Assembly: GCA_934526185.1 (NCBI GenBank)
Contig: CAKTAA010000001.1
Location: forward strand, 24,204-88,203
Reading direction: 5' to 3'
Length of the DNA stretch: 64,000 nucleotides
Source of the DNA: an uncultured Eubacteriales bacterium
GTDB taxonomy: Bacteria; Bacillota; Clostridia; Oscillospirales; CAG-272
Part shown: piece by piece, positions 29,641-38,748 of the stretch
How the letters are laid out: each line of letters opens with the position of its first letter
Numbering within the stretch: the stretch's first letter is position 1
Made by a program: the position numbers and the translations under genes
Notes under the pieces: generated by a model
Database searches by the model: none
What the model was told of the DNA's origin: nothing
What the model saw: only the letters and a program-made list of their open reading frames with translations

Positions 29641-29904
29641 ATGAGATTAGATAAATTTTTGAAGGTTTCCAGAATTATCAAGCGCCGAACCGTTGCCAAC
29701 GAGGCCTGCGACGCTTCGCACGTCAAGGTCAATGGCAGAGGCGTCAAGGCATCGTATGACGTCAAAGAGGGTGATGTTATTTCCGTGTCCTTTGGGGAAC
29801 GTACGCTGACGGTGCGGGTTCTGAATGTGCTGGAGCATGCGCAGAAAGCAGATGCTTCGTCTATGTACGAGGTGCTTTCAAGCGAAAGCGGCTCCGAAAA
29901 TTAA
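29641..29904 (+). CDS. rqcP: S4-domain RNA-binding protein (YabO/RqcP family)
   Basis: N-terminus MRLDKFLKVSRIIKRRTVA closely matches the B. subtilis YabO N-terminus as I recall it. The hup-yabO-yabP-yabQ-divIC context also fits. Confidence 0.85.
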   Translation: MRLDKFLKVSRIIKRRTVANEACDASHVKVNGRGVKASYDVKEGDVISVSFGERTLTVRVLNVLEHAQKADASSMYEVLSSESGSEN

Positions 29905-30094
29905 AAAATCAAACAGAAAAAGACGCGGGCGGGCGATGCTGTACAAATGGGCGGCTGCGTGATAGAAAACTATACACGAAGAACAAACTTGTCAGGCGGC
30001 AAAGTCATAGGAACCCTTCCTCCTGAATATATTTTAGAGAAAAGAACGCAGAAGCCGGAGTGAATCTGCTTTTTGCTGCGGAGGAGGGAATAAG

Positions 30095-30376
30095 ATGGCT
30101 GATGAAATCCGCCCGCGTCCGGATCATATACTTGTCCTGAGGAATCGAGAGGAGTTGACGGTGACCGGTGTAGAGAACGTCGACAGCTATAATGACAATA
30201 TCATTGAGGCGGTGACGGCGCTTGGCGCCATGACCGTTGAAGGCCGGGAGCTTCATATCACAAAACTTTCGCTGGAGAGCGGCGAAATGCATGTAACGGG
30301 CAACATCAGCGGTGTGCTGTATGCGATAGAGCCGGAAAAGCCGGAGGGCGGTTTTTTCCGCAGACTTTTTAAATAA
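30095..30376 (+). CDS. yabP: Sporulation protein YabP
   Basis: Pattern L.LRNREELTVTGVENVDSYNDN...LHITKLSLESGEM.V.G, with SD GGAGGAGGG. Confidence 0.88.
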   Translation: MADEIRPRPDHILVLRNREELTVTGVENVDSYNDNIIEAVTALGAMTVEGRELHITKLSLESGEMHVTGNISGVLYAIEPEKPEGGFFRRLFK

Positions 30377-30571
30377 GATAAGAATACGGCAGCGCCTGTG
30401 CATTGTGCGGAGCCGCTATAAAGGGAGCTCTCAGTGTGAGATTTCCGTTTGGGCGACTCTGTGCGGTGAATTTTAGGTGGCCCTGTTGTTTTCGGGAGGC
30501 AGGCTCCTCTTGCTGACCCTCTCCGGGCGATGCAGCAGGACGCTCTGCGGAAAGTTTGGCGCAGAAAGGAC

Positions 30572-31231
30572 ATGAAACTGACGATGGAAGCTTCGGTTAC
30601 CGGCAACGGTGTATTATTTTTCTGGGCGATACTGCTGGGGGCTGTTTGGGGCGTTGTGTATGACATTTTTCGCGTCATACGGATTGCGCGCGGAGCCTCG
30701 TGCCCGGCTGATAATTATGCGGCGGTGAAACGCCTGCGCGCTGTCCGGCTGAAACTGCCGGAGCTGAGCGGAGCAAAGCGCAGAAAAGGAAAGCCTGAAA
30801 AATCTGAAAAACCTAAGCTGCACATAACGGAAACAGCGCTTGTCTTTATCGAGGATCTTCTGTTTACCTTAGCCTGCGGGCTTAGCTTTATCATTTTTGT
30901 TTTTTCAGCCAATTCCGGAATGTTCCGCTGGTTTTTGCTTGTGGGAGCGGCAGCGGGCTTCTGTGCGTATTATTTTACTGTGGGAAAACTGGTGACGGGA
31001 TGCGCGGCTCTGCTTGTGGCGCTGCTCCGTGCTGTTCTGATTCTGATAGGTAACTATACACTGTGCCCTTTGCTGCGTTTGATGCTTTTGACAGGGGGAC
31101 TGATTTACCGCCTTGCGGTCGGCGTCTGCGGGAGGATACAAAGCCGGTATCGGATGCATATGCTCAAACGCTATACGGCAGCACAGAGCAGGCGCCTTGA
31201 AGCGGCAGCACTTCATGGCTTCCGGACGTAG
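30572..31231 (+). CDS. yabQ: Spore cortex biosynthesis protein YabQ
   Basis: Multi-TM protein with the GAVWGVVYDIFRVIRI motif, positioned right after yabP. The start is uncertain (30530, 30572 or 30584). It ends in TAG. Confidence 0.75.
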   Translation: MKLTMEASVTGNGVLFFWAILLGAVWGVVYDIFRVIRIARGASCPADNYAAVKRLRAVRLKLPELSGAKRRKGKPEKSEKPKLHITETALVFIEDLLFTLACGLSFIIFVFSANSGMFRWFLLVGAAAGFCAYYFTVGKLVTGCAALLVALLRAVLILIGNYTLCPLLRLMLLTGGLIYRLAVGVCGRIQSRYRMHMLKRYTAAQSRRLEAAALHGFRT

Positions 31232-31403
31232 TGCGGCAGTATAGAAAATTATGTACGCCGATATGTGGATTCTGTTGTTTCTGCCTGCTCCTATCCGAAA
31301 AATATTTTTACAAAAAATTCTCGCGGGAGAAATCAATTTACTATGAATTTTCCCTTTTTGCCTGAGCAACGAGAAATATACTGTATTGAAAAAGTAAGGA
31401 GGA

Positions 31404-31694
31404 ATGGCTTTGAAGCCTAAAAAGCAAACTCACTTTTTTGTCAAAGCGGCTTTTGTCGTCTTTGCAGTTTTTTGTGTTATTACCATATTCAATATGCAGC
31501 ATAAGAATAACGGGAAAATAAATGATATAGAGACATTGGCTGCTCAGATAAAGGAAACACAGGCGAGGGTTGATGAGCTGCAGGATCAGGTTGAGACGCC
31601 GTATGACAAGGATTATATTATCAAAGTGGCAAAAGAGAAGCTGAATTACAGCCTGCCGAATGAAATTATTTTTTACAATGATCTGGCAAACTGA
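31404..31694 (+). CDS. divIC: Septum formation initiator (DivIC/FtsB family)
   Basis: One N-terminal TM followed by a coiled coil (ETLAAQIKETQARVDELQDQVE) and then DYIIKVAKEKLNY. Context after yabQ fits. Confidence 0.8.
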   Translation: MALKPKKQTHFFVKAAFVVFAVFCVITIFNMQHKNNGKINDIETLAAQIKETQARVDELQDQVETPYDKDYIIKVAKEKLNYSLPNEIIFYNDLAN

Positions 31695-31969
31695 TCGACG
31701 AATTTCATCAGACATGCTTTTTGCGAACGCAGAAAAAAGAGACGGAAGAAGCGCCTTTTAAATATGAAGAAAAGCAGGATGCTCCTGCCTCCGTATAACT
31801 TAGGTAAGATGTCCCCCACCTCATTAGGCGGCGGTTTCCATTCTGCCATTCAGTGGAGAGTCAATCCCCCACTTGAATGTTATGCTACCTTAAATGACGA
31901 GGCTGCGCTCCTTATTGAAGCCTAACGAGACAGAGACAGTACACAGGACATACCGGAAAGATGTAAAAT

Positions 31970-33196
31970 ATGGAAATGGAGAAATACATGAATCAGAGAA
32001 CAGCGCAGGAAAGCCGGAGCAAGCGACAGCAGAAAAAAGACGGTGTGATTTGGACCGTTTTGACAGCTATCTTGCTCCTCTTTTCCGTTTTGGGCAATGT
32101 GATCATGGGAGCGGTATTGTACAACAGGTTTTCCTCCGGAGAAGGCGAATCCTATGAGGAGCTTCAGGCGGAGCGGAACCGTCTGGCAGCCGTTTCCGAA
32201 CAATATGCTTCTCTTTTGGAGAATAATGCTGTTCTAAATGAAAAAATTGCGGATCAGTCTGAGGAGCTTGCGCGTTTGGAGGAGGAAAAGAAGGCTCTTC
32301 AGGAACAGCTTGATGAGCGTGCCCTTGATGAATTCGCTGCAGAAATTGACCGCCTGGTGCAGAATGCGCCCTGGTGGTTCGATGCGGCGGGGAATTTTGT
32401 AAAATGGGACGGAACCGATGTTCCGTCCGGCTATACACGAGCGTCGGTGTCTGTTTATTATGAGGATTTGGAAAGTGGGAGATCTTACGGCTGCGGAGAG
32501 GAGACGAGCTATTATGCCGCCAGTCTTATCAAGGCGCCGTACATATACGCATTGCTATGCGAATTTGCCGCTGCCAGAGAACGTACAGCGGAGGGCGAAG
32601 ATTTAGGCATCTACGACTGGAACCGTACGGTAACGCTGACGGATGCAATGAAAAGAAGCGGTTCCGGTACGATCAAAAGCATGCCGGCCGGTACGCAGTT
32701 TACGGTAAAGGAACTGATGCAGTATGCCATTGAAGTCAGTGACAATACGGCGTTTCATTTTCTGAAAACGACATACGGATCCGACTTTTTTTTCGAAAAG
32801 GCCAAGGAACTCGGCGTCAGCAGTGTATATGAAGGTTCATTTGATACGCTGAATGCAGAGGACGCGTGTGTTTTTCTGCGTGCTATCTATGAATTTGCAG
32901 AAGAGAACGATATAGAAGGACAAATGCTGCTTGAAAGCATGAAAAAAGCGAACTATACGATTCTCATTCCGCAGGCAGCGGAAGGTACGGAAACGGCGCA
33001 TAAATACGGATGGGATTCGAAGGCCTATCACGATATGGCGATTGTGTTTGCTAAGCGGCCTTATGTGATTTGCATCATGACAAATTTTGATTTTTCAGAG
33101 AGAAGTCAGTGGCGGGAGGGTATCAACGAATATTTGAGAGAAATTGCCGCGCATATTATGGAATATCATGAACAAACTGCCGCGGAGCGAACATAA
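31970..33196 (+). CDS. Membrane-anchored class A beta-lactamase-fold serine hydrolase
   Basis: N-terminal TM and coiled coil, then the SxxK (ASLIK), SDN (EVSDNTAF) and K(T/Y)G-like (HKYGW) motifs. Confidence 0.75.
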   Translation: MEMEKYMNQRTAQESRSKRQQKKDGVIWTVLTAILLLFSVLGNVIMGAVLYNRFSSGEGESYEELQAERNRLAAVSEQYASLLENNAVLNEKIADQSEELARLEEEKKALQEQLDERALDEFAAEIDRLVQNAPWWFDAAGNFVKWDGTDVPSGYTRASVSVYYEDLESGRSYGCGEETSYYAASLIKAPYIYALLCEFAAARERTAEGEDLGIYDWNRTVTLTDAMKRSGSGTIKSMPAGTQFTVKELMQYAIEVSDNTAFHFLKTTYGSDFFFEKAKELGVSSVYEGSFDTLNAEDACVFLRAIYEFAEENDIEGQMLLESMKKANYTILIPQAAEGTETAHKYGWDSKAYHDMAIVFAKRPYVICIMTNFDFSERSQWREGINEYLREIAAHIMEYHEQTAAERT

Positions 33197-33238
33197 AGAC
33201 AAATCATTTCAAAGTACAATCAGTCTATTTGATACGAT

Positions 33239-33270
33239 AAAGTGCTTTTCTGAGGAAAAGCACTTTTTTA
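33239..33270. terminator. Intrinsic terminator between convergent genes
   Basis: AAAGTGCTTTTC-TGAG-GAAAAGCACTTT followed by TTTTA. Confidence 0.75.
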
Positions 33271-33339
33271 TGGTTTTGTACTATGCAAATTTGTCAGTAT
33301 TCTGTATGGCAGAGCGTACTGCGGAAAATTTGCCTGGTG

Positions 33340-34509
33340 TTATGATAAAAAAACAGCCTCCGAGGCTCCGGAAGTATAGACAACGCGGCCGCTGATAACG
33401 GTTAAACGGACTCTGGTGTCAAGCTGCAGAGGGCTTCCGTCAAAGACTGCCAGATCCGCGTCTTTACCGACTTTCAGGCTGCCAAGCCTGTGATCTACCC
33501 GACAGATTTTTGCGGCGTTAATGGTAATGGCGCGGAGGGCGGACGCCTCCTCTAAGCCTTCCTTTTTGGCGAGAGCGGCGCAAAGCGGCAGATATTGTAT
33601 GCGGGACACCGGATGATCGGTTGTCAGTGCAACAAGAACGCCGGCCCTGTCAAGAATACCGGCCGTTTTGAAATCGGAGTTGTTAACCTCGTTTTTGCTT
33701 CTGGAGGCCAGAGACGGACCGACGATTGCCGGATAGCCGCTTGAGGCGATCGCATCGGCGATCAGATGCCCTTCCGTGCAGTGATCAAGGGTAAGACCCA
33801 GATGAAATTCATTTGCTATCCGAATGGCTGTAAAAATATCGTCTGTTCGGTGTACATGTGCTTTCAGAGGAATTTTACCCTCGAACAGATCGCGGTAGCA
33901 TTCCATCGAAAAATCCGGCTGAACGCCGCCGTTTTGTTCCGCGTCAAAATATTGACGCGCGAGAAACAGCTCTTCGCGAATGAGAGAAGCAATGGCCATC
34001 CTTGTAGATGGAATATTACCGTTGACACCGTAATTCACCTTCGGATTTTCACCAAACGCTATTTTTACAGCAGCGGGTGCAAGGACAACCATATCATCAA
34101 CTCTGCGTCCGTCCGTTTTTATAAAAGCAAACTGACCGCCAATGGCGTTAGCGCTCCCGGGCCCTGCCATGACGCCGGTGATTCCCTGAGCTATGGCATT
34201 GTGAAAAGCGCTGTCCATGGGATTGATGGCGTCGACAGCGCGCAGACAGGGGGTGACAGGATTGGTTCCCTCATTGCAGTCATCCCCTTGCCGCCCTGCT
34301 TTTTCCTCTGAAATACCGATGTGACTGTGGGCGTCAATCAAGCCCGGATAAATGTGAAGCCCGGAGGCGTTCAGAAGGCGCGTACCTTCGGGCGGCGAAA
34401 TATGCTCCGATATTTTTACGATTTTATCATCCCGTATCAGCAGGTCAGCGCGAATGGTCCCCTGATTTTCCTCCATGGTGTGAAGCGTTCCGTTTTGAAT
34501 GCAGATCAT
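33340..34509 (-). CDS. Metal-dependent amidohydrolase superfamily protein
   Basis: The PGLIDAHSHIG metal-binding HxH motif, a later HCTEGH and a C-terminal GSLKVGKDADL segment are typical of COG1228-type amidohydrolases. SD is GGAGG. Confidence 0.8.
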   Translation of the reverse strand: MICIQNGTLHTMEENQGTIRADLLIRDDKIVKISEHISPPEGTRLLNASGLHIYPGLIDAHSHIGISEEKAGRQGDDCNEGTNPVTPCLRAVDAINPMDSAFHNAIAQGITGVMAGPGSANAIGGQFAFIKTDGRRVDDMVVLAPAAVKIAFGENPKVNYGVNGNIPSTRMAIASLIREELFLARQYFDAEQNGGVQPDFSMECYRDLFEGKIPLKAHVHRTDDIFTAIRIANEFHLGLTLDHCTEGHLIADAIASSGYPAIVGPSLASRSKNEVNNSDFKTAGILDRAGVLVALTTDHPVSRIQYLPLCAALAKKEGLEEASALRAITINAAKICRVDHRLGSLKVGKDADLAVFDGSPLQLDTRVRLTVISGRVVYTSGASEAVFLS

Positions 34510-34624
34510 ACAAACCTCCGAAAAAATTTATTGCCGTGTATATTTTTGCCAAAAGAAAGCAAAACTATCCATGTCAGCATAGGATACTCAACTGGAAAAA
34601 AGGATTTTTAAGGAGGATTCTACC

Positions 34625-34786
34625 GTGAACAATCAGAATAATCAGAACCAAAACAACCAAAACAACCAAAACAACCAGAATCAGAACAATCAGAATCAGA
34701 ACAATCAGAACAACCGGAACAACCAAAACAATCAGAATCAGAAGAATCGTCAAAACAATAATCAGAACCAGCAGAACAGCCGCTGA
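34625..34786 (+). CDS. 53-aa Asn/Gln-only small protein (not in the ORF track)
   Basis: AAGGAGG at 34610-34616, an 8-nt spacer, GTG 34625 and TGA 34784-34786, then a strong terminator. 47 of 53 residues are N or Q. Synonymous codons are mixed (AAC/AAT, CAA/CAG). Confidence 0.6.
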   Translation: MNNQNNQNQNNQNNQNNQNQNNQNQNNQNNRNNQNNQNQKNRQNNNQNQQNSR

Positions 34787-34807
34787 GCGGCATGTGAAGT
34801 GTACTGC

Positions 34808-34860
34808 GGAACAGGCCGTCCTCTGCACAACAGTGCAAGGGACGGCCTGTTCCTTTTGTT
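34808..34860 (+). terminator. Intrinsic terminator of the N/Q ORF
   Basis: GGAACAGGCCGTCC / GGACGGCCTGTTCC 14-bp stem with an inner TGCAC/GTGCA extension, then TTTTGTT. Confidence 0.85.
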
Positions 34861-35008
34861 CTTATAATAATCTATAAACTAATAATATATCAATGCTCGA
34901 AAGAAATTTGATAAGAATGATATTGTACCTTATCGAGAAAACAACGATAATTTTACGTACGAAGCTGCAATAAAGAATCGAAAGAGCGGGTTTGTATTTT
35001 ACAAAATT

Positions 35009-35995
35009 TTACCGGCTGCTGTCGGCATACACTCTGCGGATCACGTCGTCAATTCCGGTTTCCTCAAAGCTGATGTCGCGAATCTGTTCGGTTTGCGATA
35101 TACGGGAGATGATCTCACCTGCGCCGGTATCCTTTTTACAATATTGCAGCCAGACACGATTTCCCTCTCTTCGGACAATTCTTGCGCACGGCACCGAAAA
35201 ATCCTTCGACGGCTCGTCAAACAGATCTGCAACGATTGTCTTTTCAGGCGCCAGTCGATCCATAAGCTCTGAAAGCGAACCGTCCTCCACAATTATCCCT
35301 TTGTTTATGATAATAATGCGGTGACATAATTGTTCAATGTCGTCCAAATCATGCGTGGTCAGTATGATTGTTGTTTTATATTGTTCGTTGATATCCCTGA
35401 TGAATTTTCTGACAGCATGCTTGACCTCGACATCAAGACCTATTGTAGGTTCGTCAAGGAATACAAGCGCCGGCGAATGCAGCATGGAAGCGGCCAGATC
35501 ACCTTTCATGCGCTGACCGAGAGATAGCTGTCTGACCGGTGTATCAACGATGCTTCCAATGCCCAGAATATCATCAAGAACAGATAGATTTTTACGATAT
35601 GTATCGTCCGGAATCCGGTAGATTCTGCGCAGAAGCTCAAAGGATTCGCCAAGCCGCAGATCCCAGTAAAGCTGTGAGCGCTGACCGAAAACAACGCCGA
35701 TATTTTGCACAACCTTCTTACGGTTTTCGTACGGCGAAAGTCCTCTTACGAGCACGGTGCCTGAGGTAGGCTGCAGGATGCCGCTCATCATTTTGATGGT
35801 CGTGCTTTTTCCGGCGCCGTTCGGCCCGATATAGCCGACGATCTCGCCCTCGGAAATATCAAAGCTGATATGATCCACCGCCCGAAACTTTTCCCTGTTG
35901 ATTTTTACAAGATTTTTCAGAGCGCCCCGAAAGCCGCTCTCCTTTTTATTTACCTGAAAATCCTTTACGAGGTCTTTTACCTCAACAACAGCCAT
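35009..35995 (-). CDS. ABC-2 type transporter ATP-binding protein
   Basis: Walker A GPNGAGKST, signature LSLGQRMK, Walker B LVFLDEPTIGLD, plus a C-terminal extension. Start re-picked to ATG 35995 (MAVVEVKDL). Confidence 0.9.
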   Translation of the reverse strand: MAVVEVKDLVKDFQVNKKESGFRGALKNLVKINREKFRAVDHISFDISEGEIVGYIGPNGAGKSTTIKMMSGILQPTSGTVLVRGLSPYENRKKVVQNIGVVFGQRSQLYWDLRLGESFELLRRIYRIPDDTYRKNLSVLDDILGIGSIVDTPVRQLSLGQRMKGDLAASMLHSPALVFLDEPTIGLDVEVKHAVRKFIRDINEQYKTTIILTTHDLDDIEQLCHRIIIINKGIIVEDGSLSELMDRLAPEKTIVADLFDEPSKDFSVPCARIVRREGNRVWLQYCKKDTGAGEIISRISQTEQIRDISFEETGIDDVIRRVYADSSR

Positions 35996-36138
35996 AAAAT
36001 TTACCACGCCTTTGCCGTGCAAAGGCTTCCCTTTTATTTGTAGTGCAAGCGGTTTATCGGATTTGTAAAAAGTGTTTTACGCCGACTTTCTCTTATCCGC
36101 CGGATGTTTCTGAAAACGTCCGATCCGAAGCGGAGGCG

Positions 36139-36963
36139 TCAGGAACCTGCGCTTTCATACCGTTTCATTCCGTTTTTGAAAAACAGATAAGCAAGTGAAA
36201 AGGTCAGCGCAGCGACGCCGAGGGATATCAGCCAGATATTTGAGGTCGGCATCAGTCCTGTTTCCATGTTCAGAAAGTCGCTTGCCGGATAATAACTGAC
36301 AAACCCCAGCGGTATAACAAATGTAAAAAGCACCTCAATGATCTTGGGATAAATGGAGAGCGGATACATTGTGGTGTATTGATATACGGTGAGTGTCATG
36401 TCCGAAAGCCTGTTGCGCCCTTTGATATAAAACGCAACGGATCCGACAAACAGAAAAACCGCCCCGCGGATGAAAGTCGCACTCAGAATGACGGTCAGAA
36501 GCTGCAGAAGGTTCCAGAATGTCGGTGCGAATCCGACCAGAAAACAGCCGTAAATCAGGATAATGACGGCGGGAAACAGGTCTGTCAGACCGATCAGGTT
36601 AAAGAACGATATGCAGAACTGGAAGAATACATTCATGGGGCGCAGCAGATATCTGTCGAATTCTCCATATAAAATACTGCTGTCCATATACCACGTCTGA
36701 ACAAACAGTACAACAGAGGTTCCGTGACTGACGATGGCGATACCGTACAAAAACACAATCTGCTCGTAGGACCATCCGCCGAGGCTGCCGAAGCTGCGCA
36801 CGGTTGCCCAGATGGTCAATAGAATCATTAAAAACTGAATCGGATTACAGAAAAACCAGCCGATTAAAAACGACGGATATTCCATCTGCCTTTGAACCTC
36901 AAGCCGCACGCTCAGCCGCGCGACGCTGAGATAGTGCCTGATGTTCTCAATAGCTTCTTTCAA
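36139..36963 (-). CDS. ABC-2 family transporter permease
   Basis: 274-aa polytopic membrane protein, second of two permease genes upstream of the ATPase. TTG start behind GAAAGGGG. Confidence 0.75.
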   Translation of the reverse strand: MKEAIENIRHYLSVARLSVRLEVQRQMEYPSFLIGWFFCNPIQFLMILLTIWATVRSFGSLGGWSYEQIVFLYGIAIVSHGTSVVLFVQTWYMDSSILYGEFDRYLLRPMNVFFQFCISFFNLIGLTDLFPAVIILIYGCFLVGFAPTFWNLLQLLTVILSATFIRGAVFLFVGSVAFYIKGRNRLSDMTLTVYQYTTMYPLSIYPKIIEVLFTFVIPLGFVSYYPASDFLNMETGLMPTSNIWLISLGVAALTFSLAYLFFKNGMKRYESAGS

Positions 36964-36997
36964 GGCCGCACCCCTTTCCGGAAAGTTTTAGCAGAAT

Positions 36998-37789
36998 TTA
37001 GCCGCCCTGAACGATAACGTTCCGGAAGGCTCTCTTTTTCAGCGCATTCATGGCGCAGAAGAGTATAATAACCCATACCGTTTGAACTGCCAGGCCGAAG
37101 AGTCCCTCGCTTACGGAGATTTTGCCGATATAGACGCTCACAGGAGCTTGTACAATGTAAAGAAACGGCAGAAATTTTAATCCTTCGGAGAGCCACGCCG
37201 GGAACAGCCAAAGAGGAACCAGCACGCCGGCCAGCAGATTGATAATATGCGATTTGATCGTGCCGATCGGTCCGAGCTCTATTACCCAAAAGGAAAATAA
37301 GCCGAAGATGGCCGCGATGGACCATTGCAGAAGAAAGCCCATTAGGGTACCGGCGATAAACAGCAGCAGCGCAGGAAATGAAGCGGGTACGGGCACGCCG
37401 AAGCACAGGGATGCGATAAGAAAAATCGGGACAAATTTTGTAAAAAAATTTGCAATAATACCTGCCACATCCGCAGCAAAATACATACCCATGACGCTGA
37501 CCGGCTTGATGAACTCGACGGCAACATTACCGCCGCGTATGCTTTGCTTTATGTTGCCTTCAACCGAAATGCTGTAGAATATGGCGAGAAGCATGGACAA
37601 AACGGAATAGTCAATCATCTGGCCGAGAGAGGTATCCGCGATTACGCCTTGATCTCCGTAGGCGGAAACCCAGAAAAAGTATTTTGAGAACATGATAAGA
37701 AGCTGCAGACAGATGGAAGTCAGAATTTCGAATCTATAGGCAAAGGCAACAAGCAGCCGCGTTTTGATGGCGTAAAGATACGGCAGCAT
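36998..37789 (-). CDS. ABC-2 family transporter permease
   Basis: Polytopic membrane protein. Start re-picked to ATG 37789 (MLPYLYAIK) behind GGAAGGAG. Confidence 0.75.
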   Translation of the reverse strand: MLPYLYAIKTRLLVAFAYRFEILTSICLQLLIMFSKYFFWVSAYGDQGVIADTSLGQMIDYSVLSMLLAIFYSISVEGNIKQSIRGGNVAVEFIKPVSVMGMYFAADVAGIIANFFTKFVPIFLIASLCFGVPVPASFPALLLFIAGTLMGFLLQWSIAAIFGLFSFWVIELGPIGTIKSHIINLLAGVLVPLWLFPAWLSEGLKFLPFLYIVQAPVSVYIGKISVSEGLFGLAVQTVWVIILFCAMNALKKRAFRNVIVQGG

Positions 37790-37999
37790 GAGATACTCCT
37801 TCCTGAATGCATTCGGACTCAGAGCGGGTAATTTGTGAAATATACAGTTTTCGGCAATATACGTAAAGAGTATGCGAATTATATCACGTTTTACAAGATT
37901 TATCAAGGGGTACAGCCAAAAATAATTGAGTTTACAATCAAAATATTTTTATATAAATACAAGACATTTTATAACAAAAGTTTGAATCTTGAAATACTG

Positions 38000-38734
38000 C
38001 ACTCATCAATCGGAAAACAAGCCAAAAGATGTACGATAACAGAAAATCACATGATGATGCTGAGCGGTTTCTGAGCAAACGAATACCTGCCGGTCTACGG
38101 TGCTTCGGTGGCAGGGGATTGCGGCAATAAACAGAAACTCCTCGTCCCAGCAAAGCCGCTTTTGCAGCGTTTGCGGCATATTATTTCTTCAGGTTCATCC
38201 AGCGCACGTTCACCGCGCCGCAGCATTCCCTATGCTTAAAGCAGAGAATTCCTGCGGCGCCGATAAACTGCCCTTTCTGACAAGTGCTTCGCGTTGCCGA
38301 TTCCCTGTCTGCTCCGGCACATTTCAGGCGAGAATAGCGGATACAGGTACAGTTTCGTCAGATATTTCTTTACGGTATTCTGAAAAAGTTCCGGCTTTGC
38401 GGCGCCACGGTCGGCACTGGCCGGAGAACATGTCATTTCCTTGTATACTTTGCAGCATTCCCTTGCCGTTTGCGGTACTCGATGCCGATTCCAGACAGAA
38501 TATGGCGTTGATATTAAAGATATTTGCAGGGGGAAAGGTATCTCTGAAAGCTCCGACGCTTATCTGCCGTATTTTCATTGGAAAACGCACGGAGGTAATT
38601 GTGAGTGATGCCGCGCTCACGGTATATCCTTTTGATTGACTTTTTTTGAAAGTGAAGCGTTGTTCCGGCAAAAACAGAGTGCGACGTGACCGGACTTCTG
38701 CGGTAAAAATCATACTCTTTTTGACAAATCCCAT
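38000..38734 (-). pseudogene. Probable decayed AraC-family regulator
   Basis: HTH-like strings are spread over three minus-strand frames: VKKYLTKLYLYPLFSPEM...GIGNAKHLS, then KGSLSAPQEFSALSIGNAAAR, then EEIICRKRCKSGFAGTRSFC. An N-terminal cupin-like piece is open from 38734. No single intact frame exists. Confidence 0.35.
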
Positions 38735-38748
38735 AGATTTGTGAAGAG

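Noticed and set aside
34574-34828. 84-aa ORF made almost only of L/I/V, which looks like a hyper-hydrophobic peptide.
   Set aside because: It is the reverse complement of the AAC/AAT/CAG/CAA repeat. It has no SD, whereas the plus-strand N/Q frame has SD, start, stop and terminator.
38100-38639. 179-aa plus-strand ORF in the gap downstream of proA.
   Set aside because: Its composition is Cys/Arg/Ser-rich and implausible, and it has no SD. The minus strand carries the AraC-like remnants instead.
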